Source: a bacterium (lineage in GTDB: Bacteria > Krumholzibacteriota > Krumholzibacteriia > JACNKJ01). From it: a DNA stretch of 32,153 bases. This document shows, piece after piece, positions 16,769-24,464 of the stretch (its first letter is position 1; the number at the start of each line of letters is the position of its first letter). The translations under genes and the position numbers were made by a program. Location of the stretch: positions 1 through 32,153 of the forward strand of contig JACNKJ010000218.1 in assembly GCA_014382085.1 (NCBI GenBank), given 5' to 3'. The notes under the pieces were generated by a model that made no database searches, was not told the origin of the DNA, and saw only the letters and a list, made by a program, of their open reading frames with translations.

Positions 16769-17245
16769 TTAATAGACGAAGGTCACCAATGTTGCAGTTC
16801 GAGTACCCGTAGGCACCGCATCCCAAGTGACATCACATTGAAGGGTGATGATGTCGGGTTGCGGTAGATCCTCCGTCGCCGTTACGGCAATCGAATAATC
16901 AACGTTGGCAATTGTACGGGTCTCCGACCAGGAAGCGATATTCACGTAAGACAGCGCGGTCGTTCGCTCAAGAGCCTCCTGTGCGAGAAGAGTTGCCACA
17001 CGCTTTGACTCCTCTTGGTCAAAGGCCAAACGGCCACCGGCGAAAAACTCTGCCATTCCTATGGCGACGATACTCAGTATGAATGTGGCTACAACGATCT
17101 CGACCAAACTTGCACCACGCTGGTCAGCCAGACCGGAAAACCATCTAGAGGAAGGTTTGGATTGCCTGTCATGCATGACCTCACTATTCGTGACTCTTGT
17201 TTGACGGCAGATCAGGCGATCCAGTGTCTTTTTGAAGAGTGTCAT
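16769..17245 (-). CDS. PilV-like minor pilin with an unusually long (44 aa) leader
   Basis: ...LADQRG|ASLVEIVVATFILSIVAIGMAEFF (G-1, E+5). GAAGGAG lies 7 nt upstream of the ATG at 17245. An alternative internal Met (MHDRQSK) would give a 21-aa leader. Confidence 0.7.
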   Translation of the reverse strand: MTLFKKTLDRLICRQTRVTNSEVMHDRQSKPSSRWFSGLADQRGASLVEIVVATFILSIVAIGMAEFFAGGRLAFDQEESKRVATLLAQEALERTTALSYVNIASWSETRTIANVDYSIAVTATEDLPQPDIITLQCDVTWDAVPTGTRTATLVTFVY

Positions 17246-17263
17246 GGCATGTCTCCTTCAAGT

Positions 17264-17304
17264 GAAAAACGCCGAGGGCTGCCCTATCAGCGACCCCCGG
17301 CGTT
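17264..17304 (-). terminator. Candidate intrinsic terminator/attenuator after pilA
   Basis: Minus-strand RNA AACGCCGGGGG-(15 nt)-CCCUCGGCGUU followed by UUUCAC. It forms 11 bp including one G-U pair, begins 18 nt after the pilA stop, and has 5 consecutive U in total. Confidence 0.5.
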
Positions 17305-17322
17305 CCCAGATCCTAGATCAGG

Positions 17323-17757
17323 TTAGAGTCCGGTTACGACCGGAGCTGCCCCGCTGGAGTTAATGTCGGCAATCGTAATGACAACACCCACTCCATCCAT
17401 TTTGCTACCGGACACGCCGGTGCCGGTAATGCTCATGGCTGTAGTATTCGCGTTAGCTCCACCGCCTGCGGTGATTGCATAGGTGAAGTTTTCTGTGGCA
17501 GTGAGATCCACAACGCCTCCAGCACCCGAGGGCCAGGTCGGATTGCCGCTGGCATCCTGATTTTCCTGAGCCCAGGCCTTTGCAGCCGTGATAACCTCGC
17601 CAATCCGGCCCGTGCATTCTGTCACACGAGCGTTCTTGACATACTTGCCGTAGAGGGGAATGGCGATCGCGGCCAAGATGCCGACGATAACAACCACGAC
17701 CATCAATTCGATCATGGTGAAGCCCTTCTGATTGGGCTTGCGACGGAAATGCTTCAT
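17323..17757 (-). CDS. pilA: Major type IVa pilin
   Basis: MKHFRRKPNQKG|FTMIELMVVVVIVGILAAIAIPLYGKYVKNARVTE is a classic T4a pilin N-terminus. GGGAGG lies 5 nt upstream of the ATG at 17755-17757. ORF track start 17784 adds 9 unsupported residues. Confidence 0.9.
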   Translation of the reverse strand: MKHFRRKPNQKGFTMIELMVVVVIVGILAAIAIPLYGKYVKNARVTECTGRIGEVITAAKAWAQENQDASGNPTWPSGAGGVVDLTATENFTYAITAGGGANANTTAMSITGTGVSGSKMDGVGVVITIADINSSGAAPVVTGL

Positions 17758-18053
17758 GTTGCCTCCCGCTGCGCAATGCAGCATTTGGGGTCGGTCCCTC
17801 CCACGGGACCAACTCTGCCCCTTGGGAATCAGCTACCAATCAGACGACTTGGCGCTTAAATGTCACTGCGGCTAGGACAAGAACCATGCCGCCTTGCCGG
17901 GACAGACGATAGACTCACTACTCATTGTTACTGCTTCACTTACGACACTATACATATCCTGGAATGGAGAGGTCTTCAGAGCAGGAAGGAGGAAGCTTCC
18001 GCACCGTATGGAAGGATTTGGATGCGACGGGAAGAGATGGGAAAGGATCTTTC

Positions 18054-18093
18054 GAAAAGAAAGCTGGCCAATTCTCAGAGAGAACTGGCCAGC
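18054..18093 (-). terminator. Intrinsic terminator after pilC
   Basis: Minus-strand RNA GCUGGCCAGUUCUC-UCU-GAGAAUUGGCCAGC, a 14-bp stem with one G-U pair. It is followed by UUUCUUUUC and begins 31 nt after the pilC stop. Confidence 0.7.
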
Positions 18094-18124
18094 ATGTATC
18101 ACTCAGATTTTGTGGAAAATGTGC

Positions 18125-19369
18125 TTACATTCCATGTCCTCCGCGCATCACAGCTTCGCCAAGGCTGAAGATGGGCAGGAACATTCCCAGAACCATTACG
18201 CCGAGTAGCACACCCACCATGACGATCATTACCGGTTCGATAAGACTTGAGATGCCATGGACGGCAGCTTCAACTTCTCGATCATAGAAGTCGGAAGTTT
18301 TCTGGAGCATGGTGTCCAAACCGCCGGATTCTTCACCGGTCGCCATGAGCTGAAGCACCATCTCCGGAAACTTTTTCGTAGCCCGGAACGACTCGGTCAG
18401 GCCCTGCCCGGTCTCCATCTGAATCTTGATTTCATCCACAGCCTTGGCGATCACCGCATTGCCCGAAGCATGGCCCACCAAATCGAGGCCTTCCAAGATA
18501 GGGAGTCCGCTTTTCAGCAAGATTCCGAAGGTCCGTGTGAAACGGCTCATCACGGATTTGCGGATGATCACCCCGAAAAGAGGCATTCTGATCAGAAAGT
18601 TGTCCCTCGCATACCGACCCCGTACAGTTCTAAGGAATAGAAAGGCTGCGACACCGAAAGCTAGAACAGTTGCTGAGAAAATCATGAAATTGGCGCGGAT
18701 CAAATTCGAAGTGTCGATCATGATCTTGGTGAGGGCCGGTAAATCCTGGCCGAGATCACCGTACAGGACCGCGAAAGTCGGCACGATTTTTAAAAGGAGA
18801 AGCAGGAAGGCCAGAATCGCAAAACCCATGATGAATATGGGGTAGGAAAGCGCGGCCTTAACCTTCGTCTTGATGGCATCGGTCTTTTCCAAGTACACGG
18901 CCAGGTGATCGACGATCTGATCCAATGTTCCCGCCCGCTCACCAGCACGAACCATGCTCAGATACATCTTCCCGAAAGATGCTGGATGCGCGGCCATGGC
19001 ATCGGACAAGCTTTCACCCTGCTCAAGTCGAACGCAGATGTCCGAGATGGTTTTCCCCAGATTGCGATTCGCCGAATCGGTTGCCAAACCACGTAGACCT
19101 TTGGACAAGGGAATGCCCGATTCCAACACTGTGGACAGCTGACGACTGAACAAGGAAAGATCTTTGGTGCTCGTCTTTTTGATATTCAGCTGATGCCATT
19201 TTTCCTTCCAGACATCGAAACCCTCACCTGTCTTCTTTTCCGTGACATAGAGCACCGCCAGGCCAAGATCCTGAAGCCTGTGGACTACGTCATCCAGATT
19301 AGTGCCCGCCAGTACGCCCGTGACTTCTTCACCGGTTCGACTTCGTGCGATGTAAGAGAAGGTCGCCAT
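18125..19369 (-). CDS. pilC: T4P inner-membrane platform protein (GspF/PilC family)
   Basis: Typical N-terminus MATFSYIARSRTGEEVTGVL...DDVVHRLQDLGLAVLYV. Two repeated GspF-like halves (LSTVLESGIPLSKGL and TFGILLKSGLPILEGL) with three TM segments. Confidence 0.9.
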   Translation of the reverse strand: MATFSYIARSRTGEEVTGVLAGTNLDDVVHRLQDLGLAVLYVTEKKTGEGFDVWKEKWHQLNIKKTSTKDLSLFSRQLSTVLESGIPLSKGLRGLATDSANRNLGKTISDICVRLEQGESLSDAMAAHPASFGKMYLSMVRAGERAGTLDQIVDHLAVYLEKTDAIKTKVKAALSYPIFIMGFAILAFLLLLLKIVPTFAVLYGDLGQDLPALTKIMIDTSNLIRANFMIFSATVLAFGVAAFLFLRTVRGRYARDNFLIRMPLFGVIIRKSVMSRFTRTFGILLKSGLPILEGLDLVGHASGNAVIAKAVDEIKIQMETGQGLTESFRATKKFPEMVLQLMATGEESGGLDTMLQKTSDFYDREVEAAVHGISSLIEPVMIVMVGVLLGVMVLGMFLPIFSLGEAVMRGGHGM

Positions 19370-19391
19370 GAATTCCCTTCCTGGATCCTAG

Positions 19392-21122
19392 TTATTCGTC
19401 GCTGAGGCAAACCCGCAGGATTTCTTCGGGCGTGGTCACTTGCTGAAGGGCCTTATCAATGCCTTTTCGTTTCAATGTTTTCATGCCTTGACTCACAGCT
19501 AGTTCACGGACTTCCCCCGCAGGGCGGTTTTCTGCAACCAAGCGCCGAAGCTGTGGAGTCATGACCATCTTTTCAATAATCGCGACTCGCCCGAAATAGC
19601 CTCGACCCTTGCAGGCCGGACATCCCTTCCCCTTAACAAACTGAGGAGTCTTTTCGCTTTCGCTGATTTCGGGCATATCGCTTATGGCCAACATCACTTC
19701 GTCGGCAGGCACATACTCGGTAAGACAATGAGGACAGTTTTGGCGGATGAGCCTTTGCGCTGCCACCAGGCTCAGGGCACTCGCCGTCATGAAGGGCTCG
19801 CTGCCCATGGAAACAAGACGTGTCGCCGTGGTGGGTGCGTCATTTGCGTGAATGGTGCTGAAAACCATATGACCGGTCAGCGCCGCGCGAATGGATATGT
19901 CCGCGGTCTCACCATCTCGAATTTCTCCCACCATGATCACGTCGGGGTCCTGGCGCAAGAAAGCGCGAAGTGCGTTGGCGAAACTCACATCTTTCCGGTT
20001 GTTCACCTGAACCTGGTTGATGCGATCCATCTGATATTCAACAGGATCCTCAACGGTTGTTATGTTCAACGTTTCGTTCCGGAGCTCAAGAAGGCTTGAG
20101 TAAAGGGTGGTGGTTTTACCCGAACCCGTCGGCCCCGAGAGAAGAATCATTCCGTAGGGCTGATGGATTACCCTTTGGAAGTCATCCAGGTCTTCCTTGG
20201 ACAAGCCAAGGTCGACCAGAGAGAAATTGAAATTGGTCTTGTCCAAGAGTCGCATGACGATTTTCTCGCCATGAACGGTGGGAATGGACGAGACACGAAT
20301 GTCCACGTCCTGGTTGCCAGTGCGCAGCGAGAATCGACCATCTTGGGCGGTCCTGCGTTCGGCGATATCCATGTTTGAGAGAATCTTAATGCGGCTGATC
20401 GTACCCGTGTAAACGGCATGAGGAGGCTTCAAGGCATCGTAGAGGAGGCCGTCCACGCGATATCGAATAACCAATGCCTTTTCTTGCGGCTCGATGTGGA
20501 TGTCCGTGGCACGCTCCTGTAGCGCCTGGGCGATCATCTGATCGACGAGGTTTACAATACCGGCGTCTTCCGCTCGGCGCGTCGCCTCTTCTTCATCGGG
20601 ATCCTCCTCGATGAAGGAAACGCCGCCCACCTCGCTCACCACCTGATCAATGAGGTTGGTCAGGTTTTTGGATCGTTCAATTTTCCGGTAACTGACGTTA
20701 CGAAGTTCGCTGATTTCCTGGGGAAGTGCGAGGACGACCTTAACACCCCTGCCCACCTTGTCCGCAAAGTTCGTAAGGTGATCGAGAGCCTGAACATCCA
20801 CCGGATAGGTCATGGCCACGAGCATGTGATCGTCGGTAAAGTCCAAGGGCAGGACATTGTGCCTACGAGCGAATTCGATAGGAACTAGCTCAAGCGCTTC
20901 GTTCTCGATATTGGCCTGTGTCGGATTGAATCGTTCGAATTCAAGATGCTTGGCCATGACCGTGAGGAGATCCTTCTCACTGATCAATCCGCGCTCAAGG
21001 AGAACGTCCGCAAGTTGATGCTTGGCGTCTGCTTGTTCCACGAATATTTCGATGAGAACACTGGGTTCGATCATTCCCTCTCGAACGAGAATGTCACCCA
21101 GTTCGGGTACGCTAATAGGCAT
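19392..21122 (-). CDS. pilB: T4P assembly ATPase (GspE/PilB family)
   Basis: Walker A LSGPTGSGKTTTLY, Asp box ITTVEDPVEY, Walker B VIMVGEIRD, His box GHMVFSTIHANDA, and a tetracysteine motif CPHC...CPAC. ORF track start 21254 is TTG and adds an Arg-rich 44 aa. The ATG at 21120-21122 gives a family-typical MPISVPELGDILVREGMI N-terminus. Confidence 0.92.
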   Translation of the reverse strand: MPISVPELGDILVREGMIEPSVLIEIFVEQADAKHQLADVLLERGLISEKDLLTVMAKHLEFERFNPTQANIENEALELVPIEFARRHNVLPLDFTDDHMLVAMTYPVDVQALDHLTNFADKVGRGVKVVLALPQEISELRNVSYRKIERSKNLTNLIDQVVSEVGGVSFIEEDPDEEEATRRAEDAGIVNLVDQMIAQALQERATDIHIEPQEKALVIRYRVDGLLYDALKPPHAVYTGTISRIKILSNMDIAERRTAQDGRFSLRTGNQDVDIRVSSIPTVHGEKIVMRLLDKTNFNFSLVDLGLSKEDLDDFQRVIHQPYGMILLSGPTGSGKTTTLYSSLLELRNETLNITTVEDPVEYQMDRINQVQVNNRKDVSFANALRAFLRQDPDVIMVGEIRDGETADISIRAALTGHMVFSTIHANDAPTTATRLVSMGSEPFMTASALSLVAAQRLIRQNCPHCLTEYVPADEVMLAISDMPEISESEKTPQFVKGKGCPACKGRGYFGRVAIIEKMVMTPQLRRLVAENRPAGEVRELAVSQGMKTLKRKGIDKALQQVTTPEEILRVCLSDE

Positions 21123-21580
21123 GGGGAACCTCTGCTTCGAAGCCTTAGAATGCGACCGATGCGTCCTTGCCCAGTGCATCCGCGGAATTGGCTGCATAAG
21201 GCATGCCCTCGCCGATTCTCTCAAAACGGGTCTATCGGTCCGATTCGACCTCAAACTGTCTTTCCGTGGACTACGCTTTCTCAGAGTTCAGGAAGCAAAG
21301 TTGAAGATTCTTTTTCCATCATTATAGATGGAAGTTCTCGCAGTTTTTGGGCAGCACGAGGCACTCTGGTGACGCATAGAATTCGTAAAAAACTCAAGCA
21401 TGTCTTAGAAGGACTCCATCCTCGATCGGATATCGACCAATTCCGACCGGGAACTGTGCGGCGGGGAATTTTTTCCCGTCCAGCTTTGGGTATTTCGTAT
21501 AGCCCTGATATTACGTCGTTTACATTTTCACAATAACATTCGGGCCTCTTAAACGTTTTCCACTATCATGCGTCAAACCC

Positions 21581-22159
21581 ATGGAGACCGAATTGAGCCG
21601 AATCGACGACATGCAGGAGAAAGAGTTGATTCAGCGCTTCCAAGGAGGCGAGTCATGGGCATTCGACAGACTCATGGAAAAACATCAGAAGCGAGTCTAC
21701 CGAATCGCCCTTGGCATGCTGGGAGATCACGACTCAGCCGCCGACATTGTCCAGGAAGTCTTCATTCGGGCATTTCGCTCTTTGAAGAAGTTTCGCCGGG
21801 ATTCGAGCCTCAGCACATGGTTGCATCGAATCACCGTGAACCTCTGCATCGGGGAAATCCGAAAGCGAAAAGTGAGAAATCATCTATCTCTCGCCGGCTT
21901 CACGGAACGTTTGAGATCCCCTATCGGACGGCCCGCCAAGGATCTGGACCGCAAGGACGATCGGCAGCGCATTCAAAGAGCGGTGAAAAAACTTCCGGCA
22001 AGGCAACGAGCGATTTTCGTTATGCGTCACGATGAAGAATTGAGTCATGTGGAAATCGCCGAAGTCTTAAAATTGAGCGAAGGCGCCGTGAGAGCCAGCT
22101 ATTTCCACGCCTTGAAAAAATTGAGAGAGGAGTTGGGTGATCATGAACAGGACCAATAA
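21581..22159 (+). CDS. ECF-type RNA polymerase sigma factor (sigma-70 family, group 4)
   Basis: Region 2 is RVYRIALGMLGDHDSAADIVQEVFIRAFRSL...WLHRITVNLC. Region 4 is LPARQRAIFVMRHDEELSHVEIAEVLKLSEGAVRASYFHALKKLRE. Confidence 0.9.
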   Translation: METELSRIDDMQEKELIQRFQGGESWAFDRLMEKHQKRVYRIALGMLGDHDSAADIVQEVFIRAFRSLKKFRRDSSLSTWLHRITVNLCIGEIRKRKVRNHLSLAGFTERLRSPIGRPAKDLDRKDDRQRIQRAVKKLPARQRAIFVMRHDEELSHVEIAEVLKLSEGAVRASYFHALKKLREELGDHEQDQ

Positions 22160-22724
22160 GCACAAGCCCGATTCCTTCACCTGCAACGAGGCACAGTCCT
22201 ACCTGCCCGACTACTTGGACAAAAGCCTGAATCAGTCCCGGCATCTCGGACTGGAAGCTCATTTGAAAGAGTGCGCCTCCTGCCGCCTAGAATTGGATGA
22301 GCTCAGGAAAACTCTCGGCCTATTAAAACTCCGCAGCCTGGAGGAACCTCAAGACGCTTTCTTCCGCGATTTGCGCGGTCAGGTTCATCGAAAGATCGCA
22401 GCACGACGTCGCTGGACCCTAAGTGATCTGGCGCCCAAACCTGCCCTTTCGCCAGTATTTGCGGCTGCCGCCATGCTGCTTTTCCTCCTGCTCTGGTGGA
22501 CTCTACCCAATGCACAAAAGGGTACCGAACTACAGCCCTTCCTCGCTCAGATCGAGCAGGAAGCCACGAACAGCTTAATGGACTTAAGCCTGGATCTGGC
22601 CGGTGGGGCGACGGAGATCATCGACGATCTTCTGCCTTCTGCCGGCAGCGATAAGCTAATCGCCAATCTCAGCGAGTCCGAGCTCGAAAGACTCGCCGAG
22701 CGTTTGGAGGCAATCATGGGGTGA
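22137..22724 (+). CDS. Anti-sigma factor with a zinc-finger (zf-HC2 / ZAS-type) N-terminus and one TM helix
   Basis: FTCNEAQSYLPDYLD...HLKECASC is a HxxxCxxC motif. TM VFAAAAMLLFLLLWW. It overlaps the sigma gene. The start is GTG at 22137 or ATG at 22143. Its TGA overlaps the next start (GTGA). Confidence 0.8.
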   Translation: MIMNRTNKHKPDSFTCNEAQSYLPDYLDKSLNQSRHLGLEAHLKECASCRLELDELRKTLGLLKLRSLEEPQDAFFRDLRGQVHRKIAARRRWTLSDLAPKPALSPVFAAAAMLLFLLLWWTLPNAQKGTELQPFLAQIEQEATNSLMDLSLDLAGGATEIIDDLLPSAGSDKLIANLSESELERLAERLEAIMG

Positions 22725-23542
22725 CGAAACTGCATTGGACAAGCACGGAACGGCACGGTCTTTTGACCGCAGCCCTTATAGCCGCCTTGCTCCTCAGCCT
22801 ACTCCTAGCACCCGAGGCATTCGCATTGAAAGCGAGCCACCGGCAGCAGGTGAAGCAAAAGATCAACAAGGTTAAATCCTGGGAAATGACCAAGGAATTG
22901 GGTCTTGACGATGAACAGGCCCGCATCTTCTTCCCGGCCATGGAAAGCTACGAGAACGATCGTGACATGTTGAGCGAGGAAAGAGGCGATATTGAAGCCA
23001 CCCTCGACAGTCTTCTCGCTGATGGCGGTCCGAGGGCGGATGCTGAGATTCTCAAGAACCTTGAGCGTTTGCGTATCATTGAAAGACAGCAAACGGCCCA
23101 CGAAGAGGAGTATCAGCGGAAACTGGGGCGCATTCTTTCTCCCCAGCAAAGAGCCCGCTACGAACTTTTCGAACGCGATTTTGAAGTGCGCCTTCGCCAG
23201 ATGATCCGCGAGATCCAGGACGAAGAAAGTGGACAGAGTCGAAGTTCAAAATCAGAAAGTGGAAAATTGAAAAAAGCGCCCGAGCGCAAAGAACAAGACA
23301 ACGAAAAGCGCGAAGTGAAAAAAAAGTCCAGCGATCGAAAGACCAAGACCGAAGACAAGAAGAAAGACAAGTCCGAGGGTGACAATGATACCCGAAATTC
23401 CAAGTCGCATACGGGGGACAAGGATAAGGACGAGTCCGGTAAAAAGAAGAGTTCCGATGAGCGATCCTCTCGCGGCAAGAGGTCGAGCAGGGATTCTGAG
23501 CAACGGACCGAAGGTCCTTTGGCGCCGCGGAGAGGAGTATAG
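22721..23542 (+). CDS. Exported Spy/CpxP-like (LTXXQ-type) helical protein with a Lys/Asp/Ser-rich C-terminal tail
   Basis: Signal peptide ...LLLAPEAFA|LKA. Helical repeats ELGLDDEQARIFFPAMESY and ILSPQQRARYELFERDFEVRLRQMI. The tail reads KKSSDRKTKTEDKKKDKSEGDND... Confidence 0.6.
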   Translation: MTKLHWTSTERHGLLTAALIAALLLSLLLAPEAFALKASHRQQVKQKINKVKSWEMTKELGLDDEQARIFFPAMESYENDRDMLSEERGDIEATLDSLLADGGPRADAEILKNLERLRIIERQQTAHEEEYQRKLGRILSPQQRARYELFERDFEVRLRQMIREIQDEESGQSRSSKSESGKLKKAPERKEQDNEKREVKKKSSDRKTKTEDKKKDKSEGDNDTRNSKSHTGDKDKDESGKKKSSDERSSRGKRSSRDSEQRTEGPLAPRRGV

Positions 23543-23545
23543 GAC

Positions 23546-24460
23546 ATGAAAATGAAATACGGATTGATTGGAATGCTCTCCGTCCTGTTGCTCATCGGGG
23601 CCTGCCGTGTGCACGACCCTTGCGACGATTGCTACGATCCCCCGGCTCCCAGCGGAGTTTGGACGATCACCGGTGATGACTATGTGGAGATCCTCTGGGA
23701 TCACGTCTACATCCACGACCTTGACGGCTACCGCATCTACCGCAGTTTCCAGGAATTCGGAGAGTACGAACAGATCGGCTGGAGCTATGACAATTACTTC
23801 GAAGATGATGAGGTAACCAACGGTTTCACCTACTTCTACGCCATTACCGCCGTGGACGACTACGGTAACGAAAGTGATCTCAGTTACGAGTCCATTTTCG
23901 ATACGCCGCGGCCCGAGGGATGGGATCTCGAAGTCGGTGACTACGACGAAACCGCCGGTGTGGACTTCTCAGGCTACTATCGTCACATGGTTCAGCCCTG
24001 GGACGCCTGGGACACCGACATGTACCTGTTCTGGGATGAAGATGACGGCAGCTACGCTTTCGCCAGTACCGACGTGGAATTCGAGGAGGAAATCATCGGC
24101 ACCGACATTCAGTACGCCGGTTATGTGGACACCCTCGACGAACTCGATTGGGCACCCGCGGACGGATGGACCTTGGAAACCGCTGACGTTGTGAACCTCT
24201 ACGAGGGACACGCCTACTGGGTTTGGACCTGGGACAATCACTTCGCCAAATTCCGCGTCACCTACATCGGCGAACACTATGTGGTCATCGACTGGGCTTA
24301 CCAGATCGACGAGGGCAATCCCGAGCTGGTGGTCATCGCGGGCAACGGAAGCGGCACGAGCAGCTTCAAGGCAGCCCGACCCGATGGCTCAATGAAATTC
24401 GATCCGACATCGCGCGAAAAACGTGCGAGTACAGTAAATACCTTGGCCGGAGGGAGGTAG
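23546..24460 (+). CDS. Acidic lipoprotein with a fibronectin type III-like domain
   Basis: Lipobox LLLIGAC. Fn3-like segment WTITGDDYVEILWDHVYIHDLDGYRIYRS...GFTYFYAITAVDDYGNES. GAGAGGAG lies upstream of the ATG. Confidence 0.65.
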   Translation: MKMKYGLIGMLSVLLLIGACRVHDPCDDCYDPPAPSGVWTITGDDYVEILWDHVYIHDLDGYRIYRSFQEFGEYEQIGWSYDNYFEDDEVTNGFTYFYAITAVDDYGNESDLSYESIFDTPRPEGWDLEVGDYDETAGVDFSGYYRHMVQPWDAWDTDMYLFWDEDDGSYAFASTDVEFEEEIIGTDIQYAGYVDTLDELDWAPADGWTLETADVVNLYEGHAYWVWTWDNHFAKFRVTYIGEHYVVIDWAYQIDEGNPELVVIAGNGSGTSSFKAARPDGSMKFDPTSREKRASTVNTLAGGR

Positions 24461-24464
24461 GGCC

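Noticed and set aside
17860-18287. Three overlapping ~100-120 aa plus-strand ORFs in the pilA-pilC gap
   Set aside because: They run into pilC antisense and across the pilC terminator, and they have no SD. The region is better explained as the pilA promoter/5' UTR.
21123-21254. N-terminal 44-aa extension of PilB from the TTG at 21254 (similar TTG/GTG extensions occur at 6409, 7248, 12067, 17784, 26392, 28858 and 30990)
   Set aside because: The extensions are Arg-rich or unconserved-looking and lack an SD. Downstream ATGs with SDs give family-typical N-termini or signal peptides.
21123-21300. c-di-GMP (GEMM-I-like) riboswitch upstream of pilB, suggested by GGGCAAGGACGCA on the minus strand
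   Set aside because: The two conserved elements are adjacent rather than separated by the required hairpins, and no P1/P2 helices can be drawn.
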